Shown: positions 11,601 to 27,398, counted from the first letter of the stretch. The stretch is DNA of 64,000 nucleotides from Eledone cirrhosa (GCA_964016885.1 OZ024740.1:280054001-280118000), one strand, 5' to 3'. Notes: generated from the letters alone by a model not told the origin. Numbers and translations are program-made.

Positions 11601-14600
11601 ATTTGCCGGCGGAGTTACCTTTTCGATCGTGGGCCGGCCGCCTGTGGTCGGATCGATCTGTAATATACTGGTCCATGTGCAGACACACATTTGCTGTGTG
11701 TGGTGTGATTTTCAAGAAAAGCTGCCCATGCTAAATGCGGAAGCTGAAGTCAGCCGGCGAATGGTGTGCTTCGAAGAAAACGAATCCAAAAATGACGATT
11801 TGCCGGCGGAGTTACCTTTTCAATCGCGGGCCGGCCGCCCGTGGTCGGATCGATCTGTAATTACTGGTACATGTGCAGACACTCATTGGCTATGTGCGGC
11901 GTGAATTTCAGCAAGATATCTCCGTAAAATCAATAGTTGTGGCTGTGGAACCAAACCGTGTTAAACGTCAACAAAGTCCGCCGGCGAATGGTGTGCTTCG
12001 AAGAAAACGAATCCAAAAATGACGATTTGCCGGCGGAGTTACCTTTTCGATCGTGGGCCGGACGCCCGTGGTCGGATCGATCTGTAATTACTGGTATATG
12101 TGCAGACACACATTTGCTGTGTGTGGTGTGATTTTCAAGAAAAGCTGCCCATGCTAAATGCGGAAGCTGAAGTCCGCCGGCGAATGGTGTGCTTCGAAGA
12201 AAACGAATCCAAAAATGACGATTTGCCGGCGGAGTTACCTTTTCAATCGCGGGCCGGCCGCCCGTGGTCGGATCGATTTGTAATTACTGGTACATGTGCA
12301 GACACTCATTGGCTATGTGCGGCGTGAATTTCAGCAAGATATCTCCGTAAAATCAATAGTTGTGGCTGTGGAACCAAACTGTGTTAAACGTCAACAAAGT
12401 CCGCCGGCGAATGGTGTACTTCGAAGAAAACGAATCCAAAAATGACGATTTGCCGGCGGAGTTACCTTTTCAATCGCGGGCCGGCGGCCCGTGGTCGAAT
12501 CGATCTGTAATTACTGGTACATGTGCAGACACTCATTGGCTATGTGTGGCGTGAATTTCAAGAAAAGCTGCCCATGCTAAATGCGGAAGCTGAAGTCCAC
12601 CAGCGAATGCTGTGCTTCGAAGAAACGAATCACAAAAATGCGAATTTGCCGGCGGAGTTACCTTTTCGATCGTGGGCCGGCCGCCCGTGGTCGGATCGAT
12701 CTGTAATTACTGGTATATGTGCAAACACACATTTGCTGTGTGTGGTTTGATTTTCAAGAAAAGCTGCCCATGCTAAATGCGGAAGCTGAAGTCCACCAGC
12801 GAATGCTGTGCTTCGAAGAAACGAATCACAAAAATGCGAATTTGCCGGCGGAGTTACCTTTTCGATCGTGGGCCGGCCGCCCGTGGTCGGATCGATCTGT
12901 AATTACTGGTATATGTGCAGACACTCATTGGTCGTGTGTGGTGTGATTTTCAAGAAAAGCTGCCCATGCTAAATGCGGAAGCTGCAGTCCACCATCGAAT
13001 GGTGTGCTTCGAAGAAACGAATCACAAAAATGCGAATTTGCCGGCGGAGTTACCTTTTCGATCGTGGGCCGGCCGCCTGTGGTCGGATCGATCTGTAATA
13101 TACTGGTCCATGTGCAGACACACATTTGCTGTGTGTGGTGTGATTTTCAAGAAAAGCTGCCCATGCTAAATGCGGAAGCTGAAGTCAGCCGGCGAATGGT
13201 GTGCTTCGAAGAAAACGAATCCAAAAATGACGATTTGCCGGCGGAGTTACCTTTTCAATCGCGGGCCGGCCGCCCGTGGTCGGATCGATCTGTAATTACT
13301 GGTACATGTGCAGACACTCATTGGCTATGTGCGGCGTGAATTTCAGCAAGATATCTCCGTAAAATCAATAGTTGTGGCTGTGGAACCAAACCGTGTTAAA
13401 CGTCAACAAAGTCCGCCGGCGAATGGTGTGCTTCGAAGAAAACGAATCCAAAAATGACGATTTGCCGGCGGAGTTACCTTTAAAATCGCGGGCCGGCCGC
13501 CCGTGGTCGGATCGATCTGTAATTACTGGTACATGTGCAGACACTCATTGGCTATGTGCGGCGTGAATTTCAGCAAGATATCTCCGTAAAATCAATAGTT
13601 GTGGCTGTGGAACCAAACCGTGTTAAACGTCAACAAAGTCCGCCGGCGAATGGTGTGCTTCGAAGAAAACGAATCCAAAAATGACGATTTGCCGGCGGAG
13701 TTACCTTTAAAATCGCGGGCCGGCCGCCCGTGGTCGGATCGATCTGTAATTACTGGTACATGTGCAGACACTCATTGGCTATGTGCGGCGTGAATTCCAG
13801 CAAGATATCTCCGTAACATCAATAGTTGTGGCTGTGGAACCAAACCGTGTTAAACGTCAACAAAGTCCGCCGGCGAATGGTGTGCTTCGAAGAAAACGAA
13901 TCCAAAAATGACGATTTGCCGGCGGAGTTACCTTTTCGATCGTGGGCCGGACGCCCGTGGTCGGATCGATCTGTAATTACTGGTATATGTGCAGACACAC
14001 ATTTGCTGTGTGTGGTGTGATTTTCAAGAAAAGCTGCCCATGCTAAATGCGGAAGCTGAAGTCCGCCGGCGAATGGTGTGCTTCGAAGAAAACGAATCCA
14101 AAAATGACGATTTGCCGGCGGAGTTACCTTTTCAATCGCGGGCCGGCCGCCCGTGGTCGGATCGATTTGTAATTACTGGTACATGTGCAGACACTCATTG
14201 GCTATGTGCGGCGTGAATTTCAGCAAGATATCTCCGTAAAATCAATAGTTGTGGCTGTGGAACCAAACTGTGTTAAACGTCAACAAAGTCCGCCGGCGAA
14301 TGGTGTACTTCGAAGAAAACGAATCCAAAAATGACGATTTGCCGGCGGAGTTACCTTTTCAATCGCGGGCCGGCGGCCCGTGGTCGAATCGATCTGTAAT
14401 TACTGGTACATGTGCAGACACTCATTGGCTATGTGTGGCGTGAATTTCAAGAAAAGCTGCCCATGCTAAATGCGGAAGCTGAAGTCCACCAGCGAATGCT
14501 GTGCTTCGAAGAAACGAATCACAAAAATGCGAATTTGCCGGCGGAGTTACCTTTTCGATCGTGGGCCGGCCGCCCGTGGTCGGATCGATCTGTAATTACT

Positions 14601-15714
14601 GGTATATGTGCAAACACACATTTGCTGTGTGTGGTTTGATTTTCAAGAAAAGCTGCCCATGCTAAATGCGGAAGCTGAAGTCCACCAGCGAATGCTGTGC
14701 TTCGAAGAAACGAATCACAAAAATGCGAATTTGCCGGCGGAGTTACCTTTTCGATCGTGGGCCGGCCGCCCGTGGTCGGATCGATCTGTAATTACTGGTA
14801 TATGTGCAGACACTCATTGGTCGTGTGTGGTGTGATTTTCAAGAAAAGCTGCCCATGCTAAATGCGGAAGCTGCAGTCCACCATCGAATGGTGTGCTTCG
14901 AAGAAACGAATCACAAAAATGCGAATTTGCCGGCGGAGTTACCTTTTCGATCGTGGGCCGGCCGCCTGTGGTCGGATCGATCTGTAATATACTGGTCCAT
15001 GTGCAGACACACATTTGCTGTGTGTGGTGTGATTTTCAAGAAAAGCTGCCCATGCTAAATGCGGAAGCTGAAGTCAGCCGGCGAATGGTGTGCTTCGAAG
15101 AAAACGAATCCAAAAATGACGATTTGCCGGCGGAGTTACCTTTTCAATCGCGGGCCGGCCGCCCGTGGTCGGATCGATCTGTAATTACTGGTACATGTGC
15201 AGACACTCATTGGCTATGTGCGGCGTGAATTTCAGCAAGATATCTCCGTAAAATCAATAGTTGTGGCTGTGGAACCAAACCGTGTTAAACGTCAACAAAG
15301 TCCGCCGGCGAATGGTGTGCTTCGAAGAAAACGAATCCAAAAATGACGATTTGCCGGCGGAGTTACCTTTAAAATCGCGGGCCGGCCGCCCGTGGTCGGA
15401 TCGATCTGTAATTACTGGTACATGTGCAGACACTCATTGGCTATGTGCGGCGTGAATTTCAGCAAGATATCTCCGTAAAATCAATAGTTGTGGCTGTGGA
15501 ACCAAACCGTGTTAAACGTCAACAAAGTCCGCCGGCGAATGGTGTGCTTCGAAGAAAACGAATCCAAAAATGACGATTTGCCGGCGGAGTTACCTTTAAA
15601 ATCGCGGGCCGGCCGCCCGTGGTCGGATCGATCTGTAATTACTGGTACATGTGCAGACACTCATTGGCTATGTGCGGCGTGAATTCCAGCAAGATATCTC
15701 CGTAACATCAATAG
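8613..15714. repeat. Local higher-order repeat, 1889 bp (4A+5B+1-bp insertion), 4 copies, one shortened to 1435 bp
   Basis: Unit markers at 8776, 10665, 12100 and 13989 give spacings of 1889, 1435 and 1889. All copies share GATTTGTA, CAAACTGTG, GGTTTGAT, the TAATATACT insertion and GTCAGCC. Confidence 0.92.
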
Positions 15715-16168
15715 TTGTGGCTGTGGAACCAAACCGTGTTAAACGTCAACAAAGTCCGCCGGCGAATGGTGTACTTCGAAGAAAACGAATCCAAAAATGA
15801 CGATTTGCCGGCGGAGTTACCTTTTCAATCGCGGGCCGGCGGCCCGTGGTCGAATCGATCTGTAATTACTGGTACATGTGCAGACACTCATTGGCTATGT
15901 GCGGCGTGAATTTCAGCAAGATATCTCCGTAAAATCAATAGTTGTGGCTGTGGAACCAAACCGTGTTAAACGTCAACAAAGTCTGCCGGCGAATGGTGTG
16001 CTTCGAAGAAAACGAATCCAAAAATGACGATTTGCCGGCGGAGTTACCTTTAAAATCGCGGGCCGGCCGCCCGTGGTCGGATCGATCTGTAATTACTGGT
16101 ACATGTGCAGACACTCATTGGCTATGTGTGCCGTGAATTTCAGCAAGATATCTCCGTAAAATCAATAG

Positions 16169-19100
16169 TTGTGGCTGTGGAACCAAACCGTGTTAAACGT
16201 CAACAAAGTCCGCCGGCGAATGGTGTGCTTCGAAGAAAACGAATCCAAAAATGACGATTTGCCGGCGGAGTTACCTTTTCGATCGTGGGCCGGACGCCCG
16301 TGGTCGGATCGATCTGTAATTACTGGTATATGTGCAGACACACATTTGCTGTGTGTGGTGTGATTTTCAAGAAAAGCTGCCCATGCTAAATGCGGAAGCT
16401 GAAGTCCGCCGGCGAATGGTGTGCTTCGAAGAAAACGAATCCAAAAATGACGATTTGCCGGCGGAGTTACCTTTTCAATCGCGGGCCGGCCGCCCGTGGT
16501 CGGATCGATCTGTAATTTCTGGTACATGTGCAGACAATCATTGGCTATGTGTGGCGTGAATTTCAGCAAGATATCTCCGTAAATTCAATAGTTGTGGCTG
16601 TGGAACCAAACCGTGTTAAACGTCAACAAAGTCCGCCGGCGAATGGTGTGCTTCGAAGAAAACGAATCCAAAAATGACGATTTGCCGGCGGAGTTACCTT
16701 TAAAATCGCGGGCCGGCCGCCCGTGGTCGGATCGATCTGTAATTACTGGTACATGTGCAGACACTCATTGGCTATGTGCGGCGTGAATTCCAGCAAGATA
16801 TCTCCGTAACATCAATAGTTGTGGCTGTGGAACCAAACCGTGTTAAACGTCAACAAAGTCCGCCGGCGAATGGTGTACTTCGAAGAAAACGAATCCAAAA
16901 ATGACGATTTGCCGGCGGAGTTACCTTTTCAATCGCGGGCCGGCGGCCCGTGGTCGAATCGATCTGTAATTACTGGTACATGTGCAGACACTCATTGGCT
17001 ATGTGCGGCGTGAATTTCAGCAAGATATCTCCGTAAAATCAATAGTTGTGGCTGTGGAACCAAACCGTGTTAAACGTCAACAAAGTCCGCCGGCGAATGG
17101 TGTGCTTCGAAGAAAACGAATCCAAAAATGACGATTTGCCGGCGGAGTTACCTTTTCGATCGTGGGCCGGACGCCCGTGGTCGGATCGATCTGTAATTAC
17201 TGGTATATGTGCAGACACACATTTGCTGTGTGTGGTGTGATTTTCAAGAAAAGCTGCCCATGCTAAATGCGGAAGCTGAAGTCCGCCGGCGAATGGTGTG
17301 CTTCGAAGAAAACGAATCCAAAAATGACGATTTGCCGGCGGAGTTACCTTTTCAATCGCGGGCCGGCCGCCCGTGGTCGGATCGATCTGTAATTTCTGGT
17401 ACATGTGCAGACAATCATTGGCTATGTGTGGCGTGAATTTCAGCAAGATATCTCCGTAAATTCAATAGTTGTGGCTGTGGAACCAAACCGTGTTAAACGT
17501 CAACAAAGTCCGCCGGCGAATGGTGTGCTTCGAAGAAAACGAATCCAAAAATGACGATTTGCCGGCGGAGTTACCTTTAAAATCGCGGGCCGGCCGCCCG
17601 TGGTCGGATCGATCTGTAATTACTGGTACATGTGCAGACACTCATTGGCTATGTGCGGCGTGAATTCCAGCAAGATATCTCCGTAACATCAATAGTTGTG
17701 GCTGTGGAACCAAACCGTGTTAAACGTCAACAAAGTCCGCCGGCGAATGGTGTGCTTCGAAGAAAACGAATCCAAAAATGACGATTTGCCGGCGGAGTTA
17801 CCTTTTCAATCGCGGGCCGGCCGCCCGTGGTCGGATCGATCTGTAATTACTGGTACATGTGCAGACACTCATTGGCTATGTGTGCCGTGAATTTCAGCAA
17901 GATATCTCCGTAAAATCAATAGTTGTGGCTGTGGAACCAAACCGTGTTAAACGTCAACAAAGTCCGCCGGCGAATGGTGTGCTTCGAAGAAAACGAATCC
18001 AAAAATGACGATTTGCCGGCGGAGTTACCTTTTCGATCGTGGGCCGGACGCCCGTGGTCGGATCGATCTGTAATTACTGGTATATGTGCAGACACACATT
18101 TGCTGTGTGTGGTGTGATTTTCAAGAAAAGCTGCCCATGCTAAATGCGGAAGCTGAAGTCCGCCGGCGAATGGTGTGCTTCGAAGAAAACGAATCCAAAA
18201 ATGACGATTTGCCGGCGGAGTTACCTTTTCAATCGCGGGCCGGCCGCCCGTGGTCGGATCGATCTGTAATTACTGGTACATGTGCAGACACTCATTGGCT
18301 ATGTGCGGCGTGAATTCCAGCAAGATATCTCCGTAACATCAATAGTTGTGGCTGTGGAACCAAACCGTGTTAAACGTCAACAAAGTCCGCCGGCGAATGG
18401 TGTGCTTCGAAGAAAACGAATCCAAAAATGACGATTTGCCGGCGGAGTTACCTTTTCAATCGCGGGCCGGCCGCCCGTGGTCGGATCGATCTGTAATTAC
18501 TGGTACATGTGCAGACACTCATTGGCTATGTGCGGCGTGAATTCCAGCAAGATATCTCCGTAACATCAATAGTTGTGGCTGTGGAACCAAACCGTGTTAA
18601 ACGTCAACAAAGTCCGCCGGCGAATGGTGTGCTTCGAAGAAAACGAATCCAAAAATGACGATTTGCCGGCGGAGTTACCTTTTCAATCGCGGGCCGGCCG
18701 CCCGTGGTCGGATCGATCTGTAATTACTGGTACATGTGCAGACACTCATTGGCTATGTGCGGCGTGAATTCCAGCAAGATATCTCCGTAACATCAATAGT
18801 TGTGGCTGTGGAACCAAACCGTGTTAAACGTCAACAAAGTCCGCCGGCGAATGGTGTGCTTCGAAGAAAACGAATCCAAAAATGACGATTTGCCGGCGGA
18901 GTTACCTTTAAAATCGCGGGCCGGCCGCCCGTGGTCGGATCGATCTGTAATTACTGGTACATGTGCAGACACTCATTGGCTATGTGCGGCGTGAATTCCA
19001 GCAAGATATCTCCGTAACATCAATAGTTGTGGCTGTGGAACCAAACCGTGTTAAACGTCAACAAAGTCCGCCGGCGAATGGTGTGCTTCGAAGAAAACGA

Positions 19101-22100
19101 ATCCAAAAATGACGATTTGCCGGCGGAGTTACCTTTTCAATCGCGGGCCGGCCGCCCGTGGTCGGATCGATCTGTAATTACTGGTACATGTGCAGACACT
19201 CATTGGCTATGTGTGCCGTGAATTTCAGCAAGATATCTCCGTAAAATCAATAGTTGTGGCTGTGGAACCAAACCGTGTTAAACGTCAACAAAGTCCGCCG
19301 GCGAATGGTGTGCTTCGAAGAAAACGAATCCAAAAATGACGATTTGCCGGCGGAGTTACCTTTTCGATCGTGGGCCGGACGCCCGTGGTCGGATCGATCT
19401 GTAATTACTGGTATATGTGCAGACACATTTGCTGTGTGTGGTGTGATTTTCAAGAAAAGCTGCCCATGCTAAATGCGGAAGCTGAAGTCCGCCGGCGAAT
19501 GGTGTGCTTCGAAGAAAACGAATCCAAAAATGACGATTTGCCGGCGGAGTTACCTTTTCAATCGCGGGCCGGCCGCCCGTGGTCGGATCGATCTGTAATT
19601 TCTGGTACATGTGCAGACAATCATTGGCTATGTGTGGCGTGAATTTCAGCAAGATATCTCCGTAAATTCAATAGTTGTGGCTGTGGAACCAAACCGTGTT
19701 AAACGTCAACAAAGTCCGCCGGCGAATGGTGTGCTTCGAAGAAAACGAATCCAAAAATGACGATTTGCCGGCGGAGTTACCTTTAAAATCGCGGGCCGGC
19801 CGCCCGTGGTCGGATCGATCTGTAATTACTGGTACATGTGCAGACACTCATTGGCTATGTGCGGCGTGAATTCCAGCAAGATATCTCCGTAACATCAATA
19901 GTTGTGGCTGTGGAACCAAACCGTGTTAAACGTCAACAAAGTCCGCCGGCGAATGGTGTACTTCGAAGAAAACGAATCCAAAAATGACGATTTGCCGGCG
20001 GAGTTACCTTTTCAATCGCGGGCCGGCGGCCCGTGGTCGAATCGATCTGTAATTACTGGTACATGTGCAGACACTCATTGGCTATGTGCGGCGTGAATTT
20101 CAGCAAGATATCTCCGTAAAATCAATAGTTGTGGCTGTGGAACCAAACCGTGTTAAACGTCAACAAAGTCCGCCGGCGAATGGTGTGCTTCGAAGAAAAC
20201 GAATCCAAAAATGACGATTTGCCGGCGGAGTTACCTTTAAAATCGCGGGCCGGCCGCCCGTGGTCGGATCGATCTGTAATTACTGGTACATGTGCAGACA
20301 CTCATTGGCTATGTGCGGCGTGAATTCCAGCAAGATATCTCCGTAACATCAATAGTTGTGGCTGTGGAACCAAACCGTGTTAAACGTCAACAAAGTCCGC
20401 CGGCGAATGGTGTGCTTCGAAGAAAACGAATCCAAAAATGACGATTTGCCGGCGGAGTTACCTTTTCAATCGCGGGCCGGCCGCCCGTGGTCGGATCGAT
20501 CTGTAATTACTGGTACATGTGCAGACACTCATTGGCTATGTGTGCCGTGAATTTCAGCAAGATATCTCCGTAAAATCAATAGTTGTGGCTGTGGAACCAA
20601 ACCGTGTTAAACGTCAACAAAGTCCGCCGGCGAATGGTGTGCTTCGAAGAAAACGAATCCAAAAATGACGATTTGCCGGCGGAGTTACCTTTTCGATCGT
20701 GGGCCGGACGCCCGTGGTCGGATCGATCTGTAATTACTGGTATATGTGCAGACACACATTTGCTGTGTGTGGTGTGATTTTCAAGAAAAGCTGCCCATGC
20801 TAAATGCGGAAGCTGAAGTCCGCCGGCGAATGGTGTGCTTCGAAGAAAACGAATCCAAAAATGACGATTTGCCGGCGGAGTTACCTTTTCAATCGCGGGC
20901 CGGCCGCCCGTGGTCGGATCGATCTGTAATTTCTGGTACATGTGCAGACAATCATTGGCTATGTGTGGCGTGAATTTCAGCAAGATATCTCCGTAAATTC
21001 AATAGTTGTGGCTGTGGAACCAAACCGTGTTAAACGTCAACAAAGTCCGCCGGCGAATGGTGTGCTTCGAAGAAAACGAATCCAAAAATGACGATTTGCC
21101 GGCGGAGTTACCTTTAAAATCGCGGGCCGGCCGCCCGTGGTCGGATCGATCTGTAATTACTGGTACATGTGCAGACACTCATTGGCTATGTGCGGCGTGA
21201 ATTCCAGCAAGATATCTCCGTAACATCAATAGTTGTGGCTGTGGAACCAAACCGTGTTAAACGTCAACAAAGTCCGCCGGCGAATGGTGTGCTTCGAAGA
21301 AAACGAATCCAAAAATGACGATTTGCCGGCGGAGTTACCTTTTCAATCGCGGGCCGGCCGCCCGTGGTCGGATCGATCTGTAATTACTGGTACATGTGCA
21401 GACACTCATTGGCTATGTGTGCCGTGAATTTCAGCAAGATATCTCCGTAAAATCAATAGTTGTCGCTGTGGAACCAAACCGTGTTAAACGTCAACAAAGT
21501 CCGCCGGCGAATGGTGTGCTTCGAAGAAAACGAATCCAAAAATGACGATTTGCCGGCGGAGTTACCTTTTCGATCGTGGGCCGGACGCCCGTGGTCGGAT
21601 CGATCTGTAATTACTGGTATATGTGCAGACACACATTTGCTGTGTGTGGTGTGATTTTCAAGAAAAGCTGCCCATGCTAAATGCGGAAGCTGAAGTCCGC
21701 CGGCGAATGGTGTGCTTCGAAGAAAACGAATCCAAAAATGACGATTTGCCGGCGGAGTTACCTTTTCAATCGCGGGCCGGCCGCCCGTGGTCGGATCGAT
21801 CTGTAATTACTGGTACATGTGCAGACACTCATTGGCTATGTGCGGCGTGAATTCCAGCAAGATATCTCCGTAACATCAATAGTTGTGGCTGTGGAACCAA
21901 ACCGTGTTAAACGTCAACAAAGTCCGCCGGCGAATGGTGTGCTTCGAAGAAAACGAATCCAAAAATGACGATTTGCCGGCGGAGTTACCTTTTCAATCGC
22001 GGGCCGGCCGCCCGTGGTCGGATCGATCTGTAATTACTGGTACATGTGCAGACACTCATTGGCTATGTGCGGCGTGAATTCCAGCAAGATATCTCCGTAA

Positions 22101-25100
22101 CATCAATAGTTGTGGCTGTGGAACCAAACCGTGTTAAACGTCAACAAAGTCCGCCGGCGAATGGTGTGCTTCGAAGAAAACGAATCCAAAAATGACGATT
22201 TGCCGGCGGAGTTACCTTTTCAATCGCGGGCCGGCCGCCCGTGGTCGGATCGATCTGTAATTACTGGTACATGTGCAGACACTCATTGGCTATGTGCGGC
22301 GTGAATTCCAGCAAGATATCTCCGTAACATCAATAGTTGTGGCTGTGGAACCAAACCGTGTTAAACGTCAACAAAGTCCGCCGGCGAATGGTGTGCTTCG
22401 AAGAAAACGAATCCAAAAATGACGATTTGCCGGCGGAGTTACCTTTAAAATCGCGGGCCGGCCGCCCGTGGTCGGATCGATCTGTAATTACTGGTACATG
22501 TGCAGACACTCATTGGCTATGTGCGGCGTGAATTCCAGCAAGATATCTCCGTAACATCAATAGTTGTGGCTGTGGAACCAAACCGTGTTAAACGTCAACA
22601 AAGTCCGCCGGCGAATGGTGTGCTTCGAAGAAAACGAATCCAAAAATGACGATTTGCCGGCGGAGTTACCTTTTCGATCGTGGGCCGGACGCCCGTGGTC
22701 GGATCGATCTGTAATTACTGGTATATGTGCAGACACATTTGCTGTGTGTGGTGTGATTTTCAAGAAAAGCTGCCCATGCTAAATGCGGAAGCTGAAGTCC
22801 GCCGGCGAATGGTGTGCTTCGAAGAAAACGAATCCAAAAATGACGATTTGCCGGCGGAGTTACCTTTTCAATCGCGGGCCGGCCGCCCGTGGTCGGATCG
22901 ATCTGTAATTTCTGGTACATGTGCAGACAATCATTGGCTATGTGTGGCGTGAATTTCAGCAAGATATCTCCGTAAATTCAATAGTTGTGGCTGTGGAACC
23001 AAACCGTGTTAAACGTCAACAAAGTCCGCCGGCGAATGGTGTGCTTCGAAGAAAACGAATCCAAAAATGACGATTTGCCGGCGGAGTTACCTTTAAAATC
23101 GCGGGCCGGCCGCCCGTGGTCGGATCGATCTGTAATTACTGGTACATGTGCAGACACTCATTGGCTATGTGCGGCGTGAATTCCAGCAAGATATCTCCGT
23201 AACATCAATAGTTGTGGCTGTGGAACCAAACCGTGTTAAACGTCAACAAAGTCCGCCGGCGAATGGTGTACTTCGAAGAAAACGAATCCAAAAATGACGA
23301 TTTGCCGGCGGAGTTACCTTTTCAATCGCGGGCCGGCGGCCCGTGGTCGAATCGATCTGTAATTACTGGTACATGTGCAGACACTCATTGGCTATGTGCG
23401 GCGTGAATTTCAGCAAGATATCTCCGTAAAATCAATAGTTGTGGCTGTGGAACCAAACCGTGTTAAACGTCAACAAAGTCCGCCGGCGAATGGTGTGCTT
23501 CGAAGAAAACGAATCCAAAAATGACGATTTGCCGGCGGAGTTACCTTTAAAATCGCGGGCCGGCCGCCCGTGGTCGGATCGATCTGTAATTACTGGTACA
23601 TGTGCAGACACTCATTGGCTATGTGCGGCGTGAATTCCAGCAAGATATCTCCGTAACATCAATAGTTGTGGCTGTGGAACCAAACCGTGTTAAACGTCAA
23701 CAAAGTCCGCCGGCGAATGGTGTGCTTCGAAGAAAACGAATCCAAAAATGACGATTTGCCGGCGGAGTTACCTTTTCGATCGTGGGCCGGACGCCCGTGG
23801 TCGGATCGATCTGTAATTACTGGTATATGTGCAGACACATTTGCTGTGTGTGGTGTGATTTTCAAGAAAAGCTGCCCATGCTAAATGCGGAAGCTGAAGT
23901 CCGCCGGCGAATGGTGTGCTTCGAAGAAAACGAATCCAAAAATGACGATTTGCCGGCGGAGTTACCTTTAAAATCGCGGGCCGGCCGCCCGTGGTCGGAT
24001 CGATCTGTAATTACTGGTACATGTGCAGACACTCATTGGCTATGTGCGGCGTGAATTCCAGCAAGATATCTCCGTAACATCAATAGTTGTGGCTGTGGAA
24101 CCAAACCGTGTTAAACGTCAACAAAGTCCGCCGGCGAATGGTGTACTTCGAAGAAAACGAATCCAAAAATGACGATTTGCCGGCGGAGTTACCTTTTCAA
24201 TCGCGGGCCGGCGGCCCGTGGTCGAATCGATCTGTAATTACTGGTACATGTGCAGACACTCATTGGCTATGTGCGGCGTGAATTTCAGCAAGATATCTCC
24301 GTAAAATCAATAGTTGTGGCTGTGGAACCAAACCGTGTTAAACGTCAACAAAGTCCGCCGGCGAATGGTGTGCTTCGAAGAAAACGAATCCAAAAATGAC
24401 GATTTGCCGGCGGAGTTACCTTTAAAATCGCGGGCCGGCCGCCCGTGGTCGGATCGATCTGTAATTACTGGTACATGTGCAGACACTCATTGGCTATGTG
24501 CGGCGTGAATTCCAGCAAGATATCTCCGTAACATCAATAGTTGTGGCTGTGGAACCAAACCGTGTTAAACGTCAACAAAGTCCGCCGGCGAATGGTGTGC
24601 TTCGAAGAAAACGAATCCAAAAATGACGATTTGCCGGCGGAGTTACCTTTTCAATCGCGGGCCGGCCGCCCGTGGTCGGATCGATCTGTAATTACTGGTA
24701 CATGTGCAGACACTCATTGGCTATGTGTGCCGTGAATTTCAGCAAGATATCTCCGTAAAATCAATAGTTGTGGCTGTGGAACCAAACCGTGTTAAACGTC
24801 AACAAAGTCCGCCGGCGAATGGTGTGCTTCGAAGAAAACGAATCCAAAAATGACGATTTGCCGGCGGAGTTACCTTTTCGATCGTGGGCCGGACGCCCGT
24901 GGTCGGATCGATCTGTAATTACTGGTATATGTGCAGACACACATTTGCTGTGTGTGGTGTGATTTTCAAGAAAAGCTGCCCATGCTAAATGCGGAAGCTG
25001 AAGTCCGCCGGCGAATGGTGTGCTTCGAAGAAAACGAATCCAAAAATGACGATTTGCCGGCGGAGTTACCTTTTCAATCGCGGGCCGGCCGCCCGTGGTC

Positions 25101-27171
25101 GGATCGATCTGTAATTTCTGGTACATGTGCAGACAATCATTGGCTATGTGTGGCGTGAATTTCAGCAAGATATCTCCGTAAATTCAATAGTTGTGGCTGT
25201 GGAACCAAACCGTGTTAAACGTCAACAAAGTCCGCCGGCGAATGGTGTGCTTCGAAGAAAACGAATCCAAAAATGACGATTTGCCGGCGGAGTTACCTTT
25301 AAAATCGCGGGCCGGCCGCCCGTGGTCGGATCGATCTGTAATTACTGGTACATGTGCAGACACTCATTGGCTATGTGCGGCGTGAATTCCAGCAAGATAT
25401 CTCCGTAACATCAATAGTTGTGGCTGTGGAACCAAACCGTGTTAAACGTCAACAAAGTCCGCCGGCGAATGGTGTGCTTCGAAGAAAACGAATCCAAAAA
25501 TGACGATTTGCCGGCGGAGTTACCTTTTCAATCGCGGGCCGGCCGCCCGTGGTCGGATCGATCTGTAATTACTGGTACATGTGCAGACACTGATTGGCTA
25601 TGTGTGCCGTGAATTTCAGCAAGATATCTCCGTAAAATCAATAGTTGTGGCTGTGGAACCAAACCGTGTTAAACGTCAACAAAGTCCGCCGGCGAATGGT
25701 GTGCTTCGAAGAAAACCAATCCAAAAATGACGATTTGCCGGCGGAGTTACCTTTTCGATCGTGGGCCGGACGCCCGTGGTCGGATCGATCTGTAATTACT
25801 GGTATATGTGCAGACACACATTTGCTGTGTGTGGTGTGATTTTCAAGAAAAGCTGCCCATGCTAAATGCGGAAGCTGAAGTCCGCCGGCGAATGGTGTGC
25901 TTCGAAGAAAACGAATCCAAAAATGACGATTTGCCGGCGGAGTTACCTTTTCAATCGCGGGCCGGCCGCCCGTGGTCGGATCGATCTGTAATTTCTGGTA
26001 CATGTGCAGACAATCATTGGCTATGTGTGGCGTGAATTTCAGCAAGATATCTCCGTAAATTCAATAGTTGTGGCTGTGGAACCAAACCGTGTTAAACGTC
26101 AACAAAGTCCGCCGGCGAATGGTGTGCTTCGAAGAAAACGAATCCAAAAATGACGATTTGCCGGCGGAGTTACCTTTAAAATCGCGGGCCGGCCGCCCGT
26201 GGTCGGATCGATCTGTAATTACTGGTACATGTGCAGACACTCATTGGCTATGTGCGGCGTGAATTCCAGCAAGATATCTCCGTAACATCAATAGTTGTGG
26301 CTGTGGAACCAAACCGTGTTAAACGTCAACAAAGTCCGCCGGCGAATGGTGTGCTTCGAAGAAAACGAATCCAAAAATGACGATTTGCCGGCGGAGTTAC
26401 CTTTTCAATCGCGGGCCGGCCGCCCGTGGTCGGATCGATCTGTAATTACTGGTACATGTGCAGACACTCATTGGCTATGTGTGCCGTGAATTTCAGCAAG
26501 ATATCTCCGTAAAATCAATAGTTGTGGCTGTGGAACCAAACCGTGTTAAACGTCAACAAAGTCCGCCGGCGAATGGTGTGCTTCGAAGAAAACCAATCCA
26601 AAAATGACGATTTGCCGGCGGAGTTACCTTTTCGATCGTGGGCCGGACGCCCGTGGTCGGATCGATCTGTAATTACTGGTATATGTGCAGACACACATTT
26701 GCTGTGTGTGGTGTGATTTTCAAGAAAAGCTGCCCATGCTAAATGCGGAAGCTGAAGTCCGCCGGCGAATGGTGTGCTTCGAAGAAAACGAATCCAAAAA
26801 TGACGATTTGCCGGCGGAGTTACCTTTTCAATCGCGGGCCGGCCGCCCGTGGTCGGATCGATCTGTAATTTCTGGTACATGTGCAGACAATCATTGGCTA
26901 TGTGTGGCGTGAATTTCAGCAAGATATCTCCGTAAATTCAATAGTTGTGGCTGTGGAACCCAACCGTGTTAAACGTCAACAAAGTCCGCCGGCGAATGGT
27001 GTGCTTCGAAGAAAACGAATCCAAAAATGACGATTTGCCGGCGGAGTTACCTTTTCAATCGCGGGCCGGCCGCCCGTGGTCGGATCGATCTGTAATTACT
27101 GGTACATGTGCAGACACTCATTGGCTATGTGCGGCGTGAATTTCAGCAAGATATCTCCGTAAAATCAATAG
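16169..27171. repeat. Zone of ~877-bp (3A+1B) units and derivatives
   Basis: 877-bp spacings at 16332/17209/18086, 20746/21623 and 24931/25808/26685. Marker TTTCTGG...GACAATCATT. A 2-bp CA deletion marks copies near 19425, 22735 and 23837. Confidence 0.8.
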
Positions 27172-27398
27172 TTGTGGCTGTGGAACCAAACCGTGTTAAA
27201 CGTCAACAAAGTCCGCCGGCGAATGGTGTGCTTCGAAGAAAACGAATCCAAAAATGACGATTTGCCGGCGGAGTTACCTTTTCAATCGCGGGCCGGCCGC
27301 CCGTGGTCGGATCGATCTGTAATTACTGGTACATGTGCAGACACTCATTGGCTATGTGCGGCGTGAATTCCAGCAAGATATCTCCGTAAAATCAATAG